From positions 64,001 to 128,000 of the IMG/VR virus record IMGVR_UViG_3300010354_000045: a stretch of DNA of 64,000 nucleotides, one strand, 5' to 3'. A program made the position numbers and the translations under genes. How positions within the stretch are numbered: the stretch's first letter is position 1; the number at the start of each line of letters is the position of its first letter. This document shows, one piece after another, positions 41,139 to 49,781 of the stretch. This DNA comes from a virus. The notes below the pieces were generated by a model. It saw only the letters and a list, made by a program, of their open reading frames with translations, ran no database searches and had not been told where the DNA came from.

Positions 41139-41584
41139 TCTACTTGGGCCTTGCCCCCAGCAAGTTTTGTTACATTAATAAAACCAGCATTACGATTGGT
41201 ATCTAACCCTTCTTCTGCTAGCATGTTTCTTGCTAGATCACGGAACCAACGATCGACAATTTCTTCTTCTGGATCGCCGTCATAACCATAACCTGCTTGC
41301 TTCAATTGTACAATAAAATGCTCATTCCAGTCAAGTTCAAAAAAGCCATTTCGAACGTTATCTTTATTTACTTTGGTATCAAGTACAGCTACCCAAGGTT
41401 CTCCTCGTTTAGTTGCACGTTCTTTTGGAGTTAACTTAGCAGTTTCTTCTTCTTCTAATGCTTTTTCAGCAGCTTCTTTAGCCTTAGCTACTTGTGCTTC
41501 AGCTTCAGCAATTTTAGATTTGGTAAGTTCTAGAGTTTGTTCCATCTCAGTTATACCAAAAATTTTCTTTAAAAATGTTTTCAT
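41135..41584 (-). CDS. Hypothetical protein
   Basis: Start moved to the ATG at 41584 (TAATG overlap with the queE stop). Confidence 0.55.
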   Translation of the reverse strand: MKTFLKKIFGITEMEQTLELTKSKIAEAEAQVAKAKEAAEKALEEEETAKLTPKERATKRGEPWVAVLDTKVNKDNVRNGFFELDWNEHFIVQLKQAGYGYDGDPEEEIVDRWFRDLARNMLAEEGLDTNRNAGFINVTKLAGGKAQVE

Positions 41585-42435
41585 TAAGTGCCCCATTCAT
41601 TTTTAAATAACGGAACTTGCAATCTATCACTATATCTAAGTCCGTATTTCATAGCAAGTTCTGCTACTTTTCTATTATTCATACTGTACACACTTTCAAC
41701 ACCGCCAACGGGCATAATATAGATATTGCCTTTAAATCCGTGTCTTCGATAAATGTCTACAACTTCTAAAACTTCGTCAGCATCTTCATTAGAAGCAATT
41801 ACAAATTTTAAGTAAGTATGTCCAAGTTTTTCATATTGGCAAACTACATCAGGACGAATTGCATCTTCTCTACTTTCACCACTTACACTTAATTTTGCAC
41901 TAACGCTAAATGTTAGTGAGTTGTGACCTCTTTGTTCAATGCCCCAATTGTAAAGATAATTTCGAAAATCTTTTGATATTTCTTGGGTACCGTTAGTTTC
42001 AAAAGTTATTTCTTTAAGATTCTTCATCTTAGGGTGTTCTAGTAAATCAGGATAGTTTCTTTGCCAACCTAACAATGGCTCACCTCCTGTGATAACTAAA
42101 TGTTCGTCTCGCCATTCTTTGTATGGGAGCATTTCGCAGATACTCTCTGCAATGCTGTCTGTTGTAAGTACTGGTGAAAGGTCTTTGAACCTAGGATCCC
42201 AACTAGCATAAGAATCGCAACCGGTATGAACAAGAGGTAAATCTCTATATTGTTTAAACTCTCCAATACGTTCTGCAATAACGTGTCGTTCATTTGATTT
42301 TTCTCCTCTAGGCAGACCAAATCCGTCACAGGTAAAATTACATCCAAACACACGTAAGAAAACGGAAGGTACACCCATATACCTTCCTTCACCTTGTATG
42401 CTATAAAATAATTCTGCTACTTTTAGTTTACTCAT
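41584..42435 (-). CDS. queE: 7-carboxy-7-deazaguanine synthase (radical SAM)
   Basis: ELFYSIQGEG, FLRVFGCNFTC...CDS, ITGGEPL, FETNGT, RLQV..F. Confidence 0.92.
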   Translation of the reverse strand: MSKLKVAELFYSIQGEGRYMGVPSVFLRVFGCNFTCDGFGLPRGEKSNERHVIAERIGEFKQYRDLPLVHTGCDSYASWDPRFKDLSPVLTTDSIAESICEMLPYKEWRDEHLVITGGEPLLGWQRNYPDLLEHPKMKNLKEITFETNGTQEISKDFRNYLYNWGIEQRGHNSLTFSVSAKLSVSGESREDAIRPDVVCQYEKLGHTYLKFVIASNEDADEVLEVVDIYRRHGFKGNIYIMPVGGVESVYSMNNRKVAELAMKYGLRYSDRLQVPLFKNEWGT

Positions 42436-42694
42436 AAATTTTTGACCATATTTTTAGTTTATCTTGTTTCTTTTGACTAGCTTGCTGTAATTCTTCCTTG
42501 GTAAAAACACCATGATCTATTAACAGGTTAATCATTAGCATAACATCACCCGCTTCTTGCGTAAGATGCTGTCTTTGAGAGCCACCATCTTTGTAGCTAT
42601 TATCTAGACCAAAACGGCGCACTTTACTAGCAGATACTATTAGCTCTCCGCATTCTTCTTGTAAGATATCAAGTATTTCCTGAATCTTTGACAT
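42428..42694 (-). CDS. mazG: MazG-like NTP pyrophosphohydrolase
   Basis: QEECGEL...QEAGDV (ExxE...ExxD). Confidence 0.75.
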   Translation of the reverse strand: MSKIQEILDILQEECGELIVSASKVRRFGLDNSYKDGGSQRQHLTQEAGDVMLMINLLIDHGVFTKEELQQASQKKQDKLKIWSKIYE

Positions 42695-43022
42695 TTTGTT
42701 TCCTAAGTTCTTCTACGTCTTTGACAGCTGATTGTAACACAGTTGCATAGTTAAGAGCAACCTGTTTATTCATAATAATACAAGTTTCAAAATCAGTATA
42801 TCCTTTGGTTAGCAGCTTCCAAATGTGTAACCAACGATTCTTTGACCAGAAATTAGTCCTAGTTGTAGTATAAACGGTTACAGTAACACCTATGTCTTCT
42901 GCTTCAATATCAATAGTATGTGTGCAGTCATCACTACCGCATTCGCATACGGCCTTGTACATCTTTGATGTACCCCAATCTTTAACTAGTAAAACTCCGT
43001 TTGCTGGTTTTTGTGGTTTCAT
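42669..43022 (-). CDS. Hypothetical protein (CECGSDDC-x-H possible metal site)
   Basis: Coupled ORF. Confidence 0.5.
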   Translation of the reverse strand: MKPQKPANGVLLVKDWGTSKMYKAVCECGSDDCTHTIDIEAEDIGVTVTVYTTTRTNFWSKNRWLHIWKLLTKGYTDFETCIIMNKQVALNYATVLQSAVKDVEELRKQNVKDSGNT

Positions 43023-44038
43023 TTTAAAAATACATCGTTAATTTGTCTATTGACTCTAACAAATGTTGTACATTTTGGTAATTGTTTGAGTGTAGGTGCT
43101 CCGACATATGTACAGGTACTGCGTAGGCCACCAAGAATATCTAAAACAGTATTTTTCACAGTACCTCTATATGGAATTTCTACAGTGCGACCTTCTGATG
43201 AACGATATTCCGCAACACCGCCGTGGTGTTTATTCATAGCAGTGTCAGAACTCATACCATAAAATGTAACTTTGCCATCTTTGACTTCGCCGCCGCCTTC
43301 ATCGTGTCCAGCTAACATGCCGCCTAACATTACAAAGTCTGCGCCAGCACCAAATGCCTTAGCTACATCTCCAGGACAAGTACAACCGCCGTCAGCAATG
43401 ATGTGTCCGCCAAGACCATGAGCGGCATCGGCACATTCGATAATTGCGGATAGTTGCGGATAGCCAACACCTGTCTGTACACGAGTAGTGCAAACAGCAC
43501 CAGGCCCAATACCAACTTTAACAATATCTGCTCCACGTAAGATTAACTCCTGTGTCATGTCTGCGGTAACGACGTTACCAGCAATAATAGTGCAATGAGG
43601 AAATGTTTCTCTAACCTTTTGAACAAAATCAGCGAATCGTTCTTGGTAACCATTAGCTACATCAATACAGATAAAACGTATTTCTGGATACACATTAATA
43701 AGTTGGCGTAATTTTAAAAATTCACTATCACTGGTGCCGGTGCTAACTGCAAAATAGTTTCCGCCAATATCTTGAATAGTTGTTTGAAAATATTCTATAC
43801 CAATGTTTTTTACTAAACAAGTAAACATACGATGCTGATATAAGGCATGAGCCATTTGTAGTGTGCCTACACCATCCATATTACTAGCCATAATAGGAAC
43901 CCCATGCCATTCAAATCTGCTGTATTTGAATGTATAATGCCTTACAAGATCTACTTCTTTACGACTACCTAATGTACTGCGCTTAGGACGAATAAGTACA
44001 TCCTTATAATCTAATTTAATTTCGTCTTCAATTCTCAT
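43019..44038 (-). CDS. guaC: GMP reductase (enterobacterial/type 1 style)
   Basis: [59 protein letters not shown]; no CBS domains. Start set at the ATG overlapping the upstream stop. Confidence 0.93.
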   Translation of the reverse strand: MRIEDEIKLDYKDVLIRPKRSTLGSRKEVDLVRHYTFKYSRFEWHGVPIMASNMDGVGTLQMAHALYQHRMFTCLVKNIGIEYFQTTIQDIGGNYFAVSTGTSDSEFLKLRQLINVYPEIRFICIDVANGYQERFADFVQKVRETFPHCTIIAGNVVTADMTQELILRGADIVKVGIGPGAVCTTRVQTGVGYPQLSAIIECADAAHGLGGHIIADGGCTCPGDVAKAFGAGADFVMLGGMLAGHDEGGGEVKDGKVTFYGMSSDTAMNKHHGGVAEYRSSEGRTVEIPYRGTVKNTVLDILGGLRSTCTYVGAPTLKQLPKCTTFVRVNRQINDVFLK

Positions 44039-44622
44039 TGTTCCCACCATGCTTCATAGGGAAATTCTACCCACACATCATTCTCTGCCTTGTTGACTTC
44101 CATGCCAACAAAGTCCATACCTACTCGACATTTACTAGCTAAGTTATCAACGAGAACTGCAAATTTTACATTATTATTCCAAACATGTTCCCATTCAGGA
44201 TCATTTGGTAAACAACTACTAGGCCAGTCATTCATAATCCAGTTGAAGGTAGCACCTGTGTCATTAATGTCATCAACGACGAGAATGTTTTTAAAATTTT
44301 CGCCTTGTTCTAACAGACTCGATGCGGCATCTAATACTGAACCAATATCGTTTTCATCTTCAATATGAATTTCTTGTTTAGGATAGCCTAGCGCATCTTC
44401 AGCCATACTGCAATCACTGACACACTCACCGCCGTCACGCAGACTAACTTGTAAAGGCTTCATAGGAATATTTAGATAATGACTAATCATAACAGCTGGA
44501 ATAAGGCCGCCACGACTAATACCTACAATATAATCTGGCCGCCAGCCGCTATTAGCAATATCTCTACAAATTTTAGAAACTAATTTTTTTAGTTCTCTAT
44601 CTTTAAGAATTAATTTATTCAT
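44035..44622 (-). CDS. Purine phosphoribosyltransferase (Gpt/XGPRT-like)
   Basis: [16 protein letters not shown] motif [19 protein letters not shown]. Confidence 0.85.
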   Translation of the reverse strand: MNKLILKDRELKKLVSKICRDIANSGWRPDYIVGISRGGLIPAVMISHYLNIPMKPLQVSLRDGGECVSDCSMAEDALGYPKQEIHIEDENDIGSVLDAASSLLEQGENFKNILVVDDINDTGATFNWIMNDWPSSCLPNDPEWEHVWNNNVKFAVLVDNLASKCRVGMDFVGMEVNKAENDVWVEFPYEAWWEQ

Positions 44623-45362
44623 CTCGGAGCAAACTCTTGTTGTAGTTTAATGTTATCGAAAAACTCTTTTTTAGTACCGGCATCTTCTTTAAACGCACCT
44701 CTTAACACAGTTGTTTGTGTTAGGCTCGAATGTGCCATGATACCACGATTTTCACAGCAGCCATGTACTGCCTGAATGTAAACCCCTAGGTCTTTAGTTC
44801 CTGTGGCTTTTTGGATCTGCCTAGCAATTTCATTAGCAAGCTCCTCCTGGAGAGTGCCTCGCCTGGCACACCACTGGGCAATCCTTGTATACTTTGAAAG
44901 CCCAATAAGATGTTGGGCAGCAATAATACCAATATAAGCAACGCCAACCACAGGTTGGTGATGATGGCTACACATACTACGAAGCTCACTACGAACAACA
45001 AGCATGCCTTCGTAACGGTCCTCCGAATCATTAGGAAACGATGTTGAGTCTGGTGCTGGGTCATATCTTCCTGCCATTACTTCATTAAAATACATCTTAG
45101 CCAGCCTTCGAGCTGTGCCTTTTGAATTAGGATCTGTTTCTCTATCAATTAACAGCCGATCAAGTACTAGTTCAAATGCTTCTGCGGCTTCGTCGATTAA
45201 TTGGTCTTTAAATTCTTCAGTAACATACTCACTGATATTATCTCCAGCCCAGAATCTTTTTCCATCTCTCTTCATTTTAAAGCGAAGATAATCTCCAAGA
45301 TATGCTTCTTTGTAGCCACCGTCGCCGGCCATGGCATCAAGTGCTGTTTCTTTCTGTGTCAT
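44619..45362 (-). CDS. folE: GTP cyclohydrolase I
   Basis: TARRLAKMY, SMCSHHHQP, GLSKYTR, LQEEL, HGCCENRG. Confidence 0.95.
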   Translation of the reverse strand: MTQKETALDAMAGDGGYKEAYLGDYLRFKMKRDGKRFWAGDNISEYVTEEFKDQLIDEAAEAFELVLDRLLIDRETDPNSKGTARRLAKMYFNEVMAGRYDPAPDSTSFPNDSEDRYEGMLVVRSELRSMCSHHHQPVVGVAYIGIIAAQHLIGLSKYTRIAQWCARRGTLQEELANEIARQIQKATGTKDLGVYIQAVHGCCENRGIMAHSSLTQTTVLRGAFKEDAGTKKEFFDNIKLQQEFAPR

Positions 45363-45381
45363 TTTTTCTCCTATTATGTAT

Positions 45382-45411
45382 AGTATATAGGTTTATTTAG
45401 GTCGTTGTCAA
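45382..45411 (-). promoter_or_regulatory. Sigma70-type promoter TTGACA-N18-TATACT with CTAAATA in the spacer
   Basis: Directly upstream of the folE RBS (AGGAG). Confidence 0.7.
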
Positions 45412-45600
45412 ATTTTTATACCTTTTTCGGCATTCTTCTTTTACTTCTTTTGGAATATCTGGATGCCATTCGGCCATTCCGCAGTCATATACTCTACTTT
45501 TTTCACGTGGAGAAAAGTAAATTAATGTAGGAATAATTACAAATAATAAAAATAACATTAACAACAATGTTAAAGAGATTCGCTTAATAATATTCGACAT
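45397..45600 (-). CDS. Small membrane protein
   Basis: N-terminal hydrophobic helix; YDCGMAEWHPDIP. Confidence 0.5.
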   Translation of the reverse strand: MSNIIKRISLTLLLMLFLLFVIIPTLIYFSPREKSRVYDCGMAEWHPDIPKEVKEECRKRYKNLTTT

Positions 45601-45803
45601 AGATTAGCATCTTTAGTTGTTTTAAATGTGAAAGACATATGATACATACCTGGTTTGTAATAAAACCTGTGTCCAGGTAATCCAAATACTTCGAGTACTT
45701 TTGCACACTGTTCGTTCCACCAAGGAACATTTTCATTATACCAAAATATCTCAACTATCTGATTTTTATCGGTTATTTCTTCCCACCATCTGTCGTTGTT
45801 CAT
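45570..45803 (-). CDS. Hypothetical protein
   Basis: WNEQCA.VLEVFGLPG.RF motif. Confidence 0.5.
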   Translation of the reverse strand: MNNDRWWEEITDKNQIVEIFWYNENVPWWNEQCAKVLEVFGLPGHRFYYKPGMYHMSFTFKTTKDANLCRILLSESL

Positions 45804-45957
45804 TTTCTAAAAACTTTATTTCATCTTTTATGTAATCTCTATAATCAGAAAGTACTTCTAATTTCCTTCCTGATTCACCAGTTGATCTTAGTGTTTCTAG
45901 ATCTTTTTCAATAATACTAAGTTTTTCTTTAAGTTCTTTAACAGTTAAATCACTCAT
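45766..45957 (-). CDS. Small coiled-coil protein
   Basis: Coupled ORF. Confidence 0.45.
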   Translation of the reverse strand: MSDLTVKELKEKLSIIEKDLETLRSTGESGRKLEVLSDYRDYIKDEIKFLENEQRQMVGRNNR

Positions 45958-46160
45958 AAAGACACAAGCCCTTGTGCTAATGTTTTTACTTCTTCATCGG
46001 TCATAAAAAATTGATAAGTTGACGAAGAATCTACTCCACCATCTTTATTTTTACACTCTTGTATAAATTCAATAGCATTAAGATTATTAGGATAAGAACA
46101 TTTCCAACTTTTAATTCTTAGTCTAAAACCTAAATCTTCTTTGACAATAAATTCTTTCAT
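45954..46160 (-). CDS. Hypothetical protein
   Basis: Coupled ORF with GGAG RBS. Confidence 0.5.
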   Translation of the reverse strand: MKEFIVKEDLGFRLRIKSWKCSYPNNLNAIEFIQECKNKDGGVDSSSTYQFFMTDEEVKTLAQGLVSL

Positions 46161-46528
46161 TTTTCTTCTCCTTTAATTGATTGCCACATTCTGTATTTAG
46201 AAAGAGTTTCGATATAATCTTCGTATTTTTTCTTTAAAAGAGGATAACTATTTTCTAATGCAACATCTCTTTCGGGGATCATCAAGACTTTTTCGATTGT
46301 TCGTAATCGTTCTTCTAAATCTCTACCATTGTGTATAATCTTACCTTTTACATCTAAACTAGCCGGATCATTGTTAACAATTAAAGTTGGACTTATTTGA
46401 TATCCAGTAGTATTCGTGATAGTATACGTCCCATTAGATCCTGCCATGGTACCTAGTGTGCCTCCGCCTAACACAGTATTTTGTGTAGTCCAGTTAAGTG
46501 GTGCTGATACTTTGCTGTTTACGGTCAT
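46157..46528 (-). CDS. Hypothetical protein (Thr/Gly-rich N-terminus)
   Basis: C-terminal LENSYPLLKKKYEDY helix. Confidence 0.5.
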   Translation of the reverse strand: MTVNSKVSAPLNWTTQNTVLGGGTLGTMAGSNGTYTITNTTGYQISPTLIVNNDPASLDVKGKIIHNGRDLEERLRTIEKVLMIPERDVALENSYPLLKKKYEDYIETLSKYRMWQSIKGEEK

Positions 46529-46985
46529 TTAAGTATTTCTCATTATGTACCCAGGTATTTTTTACAAGAAATCCCCATTCACGACGTTGCGGTCCTGGCA
46601 TGAACAACGTCCAGCAGTCTACGCCTGCTTCAAGCTCAATACGGTGATAGCTATTAGCACTGCAAATACGGAAATGCCCAGGCCCACGCCAATGCCGTGT
46701 TTCACTGATCTTGGCACCTTGCGAATTAAAGTTAGGAGTCCATTCATAATAACCACCTTTTAAGATAATTGTAGCGTAAGGCCAAGGATGATCATGTACG
46801 TCGTCCGGATCGCTACGTAAAAATTTATGTAAAAAAATATTAAAAGGAAAATGCTGTCTATCTTTTAAAAAAACATAGTAACGTTCGAGATATGGTTTTT
46901 CGCTTACGCGATCCATAATAATTCTTTTTCGATCGTGTTTTTCTAACCACGAAAGAAATTTACTTTTTATCTTTTGGATTATCAT
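46494..46985 (-). CDS. Cupin-fold metalloprotein
   Basis: HDHPW..IILKGGY.E and ..HRIEL..WTLF cupin motifs; start reassigned to the ATG at 46985. Confidence 0.7.
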   Translation of the reverse strand: MIIQKIKSKFLSWLEKHDRKRIIMDRVSEKPYLERYYVFLKDRQHFPFNIFLHKFLRSDPDDVHDHPWPYATIILKGGYYEWTPNFNSQGAKISETRHWRGPGHFRICSANSYHRIELEAGVDCWTLFMPGPQRREWGFLVKNTWVHNEKYLNDRKQQSISTT

Positions 46986-47340
46986 ATTCGTCCTTAACAA
47001 GATAGTAAGTTGTTTTAAACTTTTCAAAGGCTATTGCTAGTCCTGGAAATTCTTTACACATAGCTTCTATTCTACTAAAACTAGGCAAGCAGTCTACAAA
47101 CTCTTTTCCATTACTCCATTCATTAATACTATATGTGCCGGGCACAGTGCCACTGCTAATAGTATAAGTTCCAGAAGATCCTGTAGCTCCAATATAACCA
47201 CTACCATTACTTCCTGTAATAGATATATTGCTTATTGAAGCAGTATCTAAACTGCTATCCATAGTCCATGAACTAGGATCAATTGTTATTGTATCATTTA
47301 ATGTTATTGAGTAAAGGTCCTGCTGAGAAGAATTGCCCAT
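46960..47340 (-). CDS. Hypothetical protein (Ser/Thr/Gly-rich N-terminus)
   Basis: C-terminal MCKEFPGLAIAFEKFKTTY helix. Confidence 0.5.
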   Translation of the reverse strand: MGNSSQQDLYSITLNDTITIDPSSWTMDSSLDTASISNISITGSNGSGYIGATGSSGTYTISSGTVPGTYSINEWSNGKEFVDCLPSFSRIEAMCKEFPGLAIAFEKFKTTYYLVKDEYDNPKDKK

Positions 47341-48385
47341 CTAAAGCCTCCGCTTGTTTTTTAATGAGAGGCAATCTTGTTTCGTAATAGTCCATATGAC
47401 TCATGATTGCTCTACATAGATCTGGCCTATATACATTATAGGCATCCCAGCTTTCAGTCCATTTGCTAGGATATTTAAAATTGTCAAAATACATTTCTGT
47501 GTAACTGAGTCTGTCTGGAACCATTGGAACAGCATCAACTACTGCACCCTCGTAACAACTAATTCCTAAAGTTTCTTGTAGATTAGCACTGAATACCAGT
47601 TTTGCTTCACCTAGTAGGGTGTGATATTCGTGTTTAGTTAGTTTACGATCTTGACAAACTACAAACTCATATTGTGGTAAGTGTGTAGATAAGTCTCGAA
47701 AAATTTCAACTTGTTTTTCTGGTGCAATACGATGCGGAAAAAGAATTAAGTTTCTTTTTGGAATACCTTTATACTGAGAAAGTGTACTAGGCATATACTC
47801 CATAGGCCAGCCTGTACGAATAACCTTGCCGCTATCTAGAAGATCTTTAACATCTTCTTCATACCAGGGATTTTCACTAGGATAGCCATCCTCCAATAAG
47901 TTCTTTATAAAAAGGTCAATATGAAAATTAGTAGCAAAGTAATTATGATCAATAGCATGAAAGAAACTCTTTTCAGCATTTCTAACCCATTTAGCTTTGC
48001 CAATTAATCGACCAAGAAAATCTTGAGGATCGTAACTACCAGCATGCCACAGTGCGTGAATCTTAACAGGAATGTCAAGAAGCTCACTCATGTATTTTAA
48101 GTTTATGATACCAGGATGCCAAGCATCAGTAAACAAAAAATGATCCCCAGGCTTAACTGCTCCGGATGTAAATAAGCGACTAAATTCTTCAACTTGACGA
48201 GACTTGTATATATTAGTCCCACCAAAATTGAGAAAGGCACCAGGAGTAGTGGCACTAGGAATATCCTCAGGACCACTGATGACATGAACTTCATGTCCTT
48301 GTTTTTTAAGAAGTTCGGGTACATGATGTTTCCATTGTCCGGTGTACCTTGTATCAACTGCTTCTAGATCAACAAGATAGATCAT
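47294..48385 (-). CDS. GT-B fold (GT4-like) glycosyltransferase
   Basis: FPHRIAPEK (R..EK) and QETLGISCYEG (E-x7-E) motifs; WHAG. Confidence 0.8.
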   Translation of the reverse strand: MIYLVDLEAVDTRYTGQWKHHVPELLKKQGHEVHVISGPEDIPSATTPGAFLNFGGTNIYKSRQVEEFSRLFTSGAVKPGDHFLFTDAWHPGIINLKYMSELLDIPVKIHALWHAGSYDPQDFLGRLIGKAKWVRNAEKSFFHAIDHNYFATNFHIDLFIKNLLEDGYPSENPWYEEDVKDLLDSGKVIRTGWPMEYMPSTLSQYKGIPKRNLILFPHRIAPEKQVEIFRDLSTHLPQYEFVVCQDRKLTKHEYHTLLGEAKLVFSANLQETLGISCYEGAVVDAVPMVPDRLSYTEMYFDNFKYPSKWTESWDAYNVYRPDLCRAIMSHMDYYETRLPLIKKQAEALDGQFFSAGPLLNNIK

Positions 48386-48606
48386 TAATTTTTAGCCTTG
48401 TATCCGTTTTTGTAATTAAATTTTCTTGATCTGTTACTATAGAGATACTTATTCCAAATATCACTCTGCTTGTTGTACAAATGAGCCTCGTTGAATTCCA
48501 AAAGCTCCATGCGACAAAAATCCCTAAATGCATCAAGGTCGTCAAAAATTTTGACTACTTCGGGGCGAGTTTGGAAATAACTTACTTCTTTGTAATTAAT
48601 AGCCAT
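48385..48606 (-). CDS. Hypothetical protein
   Basis: AAGGA RBS; FDDLDAFRDFCR. Confidence 0.55.
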   Translation of the reverse strand: MAINYKEVSYFQTRPEVVKIFDDLDAFRDFCRMELLEFNEAHLYNKQSDIWNKYLYSNRSRKFNYKNGYKAKN

Positions 48607-48617
48607 ATTAAGTTTCC

Positions 48618-49010
48618 TTAAAATTTAATAAAACAACCATTTTCTCCGTCTTCGGAGACCTCAATCCAAACCTCTCGGCCTGGATACCTTGCGTTGATCT
48701 GTGCATATAAATCTTCACTGATCATTTCGCAACTTTTATAATCAAGTGTCAGTGTACTATCTTTATAAAGATTTTCCAACCAACGCTTGAACTGAATAAA
48801 CTCAATATCTCGATCGTTGTGTGTTACAGAGATCCAAACACGAAAGTGAAAGATATGACGATGGGGATAACCAAGAAAGCTAACATCATATTCATCGCCT
48901 GTGGCTAGATTAGGATCAGTTAATGCTGCTGGATATTTGTGAATACCTTCTTTTTGAAAGGTTACCCAGATCATTCTATTTGGTCTTACATCAGTTTTAA
49001 TTGTTGTCAT
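48618..49010 (-). CDS. QueD/PTPS-like T-fold protein, DpdL-like
   Basis: LGYPHRHIFHF (HxH, lacks the QueD CxxxHGH cysteine); DRDIEFI; SCEMI; V.VSEDGENG. Confidence 0.75.
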   Translation of the reverse strand: MTTIKTDVRPNRMIWVTFQKEGIHKYPAALTDPNLATGDEYDVSFLGYPHRHIFHFRVWISVTHNDRDIEFIQFKRWLENLYKDSTLTLDYKSCEMISEDLYAQINARYPGREVWIEVSEDGENGCFIKF

Positions 49011-49531
49011 TTGATAATCTCGTCGTTTTTATATTCGCTCCAAGTAGTATACTTGGATCTATCTTGAAGTTTATGTAGGCTATGACACCATACACCAGGA
49101 TTTGTTGCTTTAAAATCTTTGTCGTCGATTTTAACCATTGTGTTATAATTCCATAGTTTAATATAAGGAATTGGAACACGAATTTGAGGAATAAAATTTT
49201 CATAACTGCAAAGATTGCCGTCATGAAATTCTTCAATGAAATTTAATGAAATATCTAGAGAACACAGATATTCTTTTTCTAAAAAATACTCAATCATAGT
49301 TTCCCAACGTTGCCAATCTAATGCATCCTTAGGAGTAAAACTATGATTAGCACCAAAAAAGATATGATCAATTTTAGTGTTTGTTGATGTTAAAATAGCT
49401 TCAACATCTTGTACAGGATGCACATCTACAACAAATAAAGTATTAAGACCAAATGCCGGTGTCTTTTCAACTTCCTTACCAAAGAAAAATTTAACATTTT
49501 CTCTAACACCGTCGTTATAATTACGCTTCAT
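49007..49531 (-). CDS. Conserved hypothetical protein between dpdA and the QueD-like gene
   Basis: G.EVE.TPA.G..TLFV, HIFFGANHS and KIDD.DF.ATNPGVW motifs. Confidence 0.6.
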   Translation of the reverse strand: MKRNYNDGVRENVKFFFGKEVEKTPAFGLNTLFVVDVHPVQDVEAILTSTNTKIDHIFFGANHSFTPKDALDWQRWETMIEYFLEKEYLCSLDISLNFIEEFHDGNLCSYENFIPQIRVPIPYIKLWNYNTMVKIDDKDFKATNPGVWCHSLHKLQDRSKYTTWSEYKNDEIIK

Positions 49532-49781
49532 TTTTCTCTGCCTTAGATTGTTCGTATTGCTTGATTAAGCGAGTAACAGCTTCCATTTGAGTTTGAAATA
49601 CATCTGGCGCATCTGCAGAAGCACGTTCCATATCCCAGTCACTAGGATAGTGACGTAGCATACTTCGAGCGTGTTCTCTGATAAGTTTAGGAACTCGTGG
49701 AGTGTGTTGAGGATTACACAAGTCTATTAAAAATTTACGAGTCTGTATAACAGCTCGATAACGTTCGTCAGGTAGCGTCAT
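49521..49781 (-). CDS. BPSL0761-like small protein
   Basis: MTLPDERYRAV..TRKFL.DL...PRVP..IRE.AR.MLRHYP. Confidence 0.6.
   Translation of the reverse strand: MTLPDERYRAVIQTRKFLIDLCNPQHTPRVPKLIREHARSMLRHYPSDWDMERASADAPDVFQTQMEAVTRLIKQYEQSKAEKNEA

Noticed and set aside
43019-44038. IMP dehydrogenase (guaB)
   Set aside because: The length, lack of CBS domains, and DVANGY/FYGMSS/SEG motifs fit GMP reductase.
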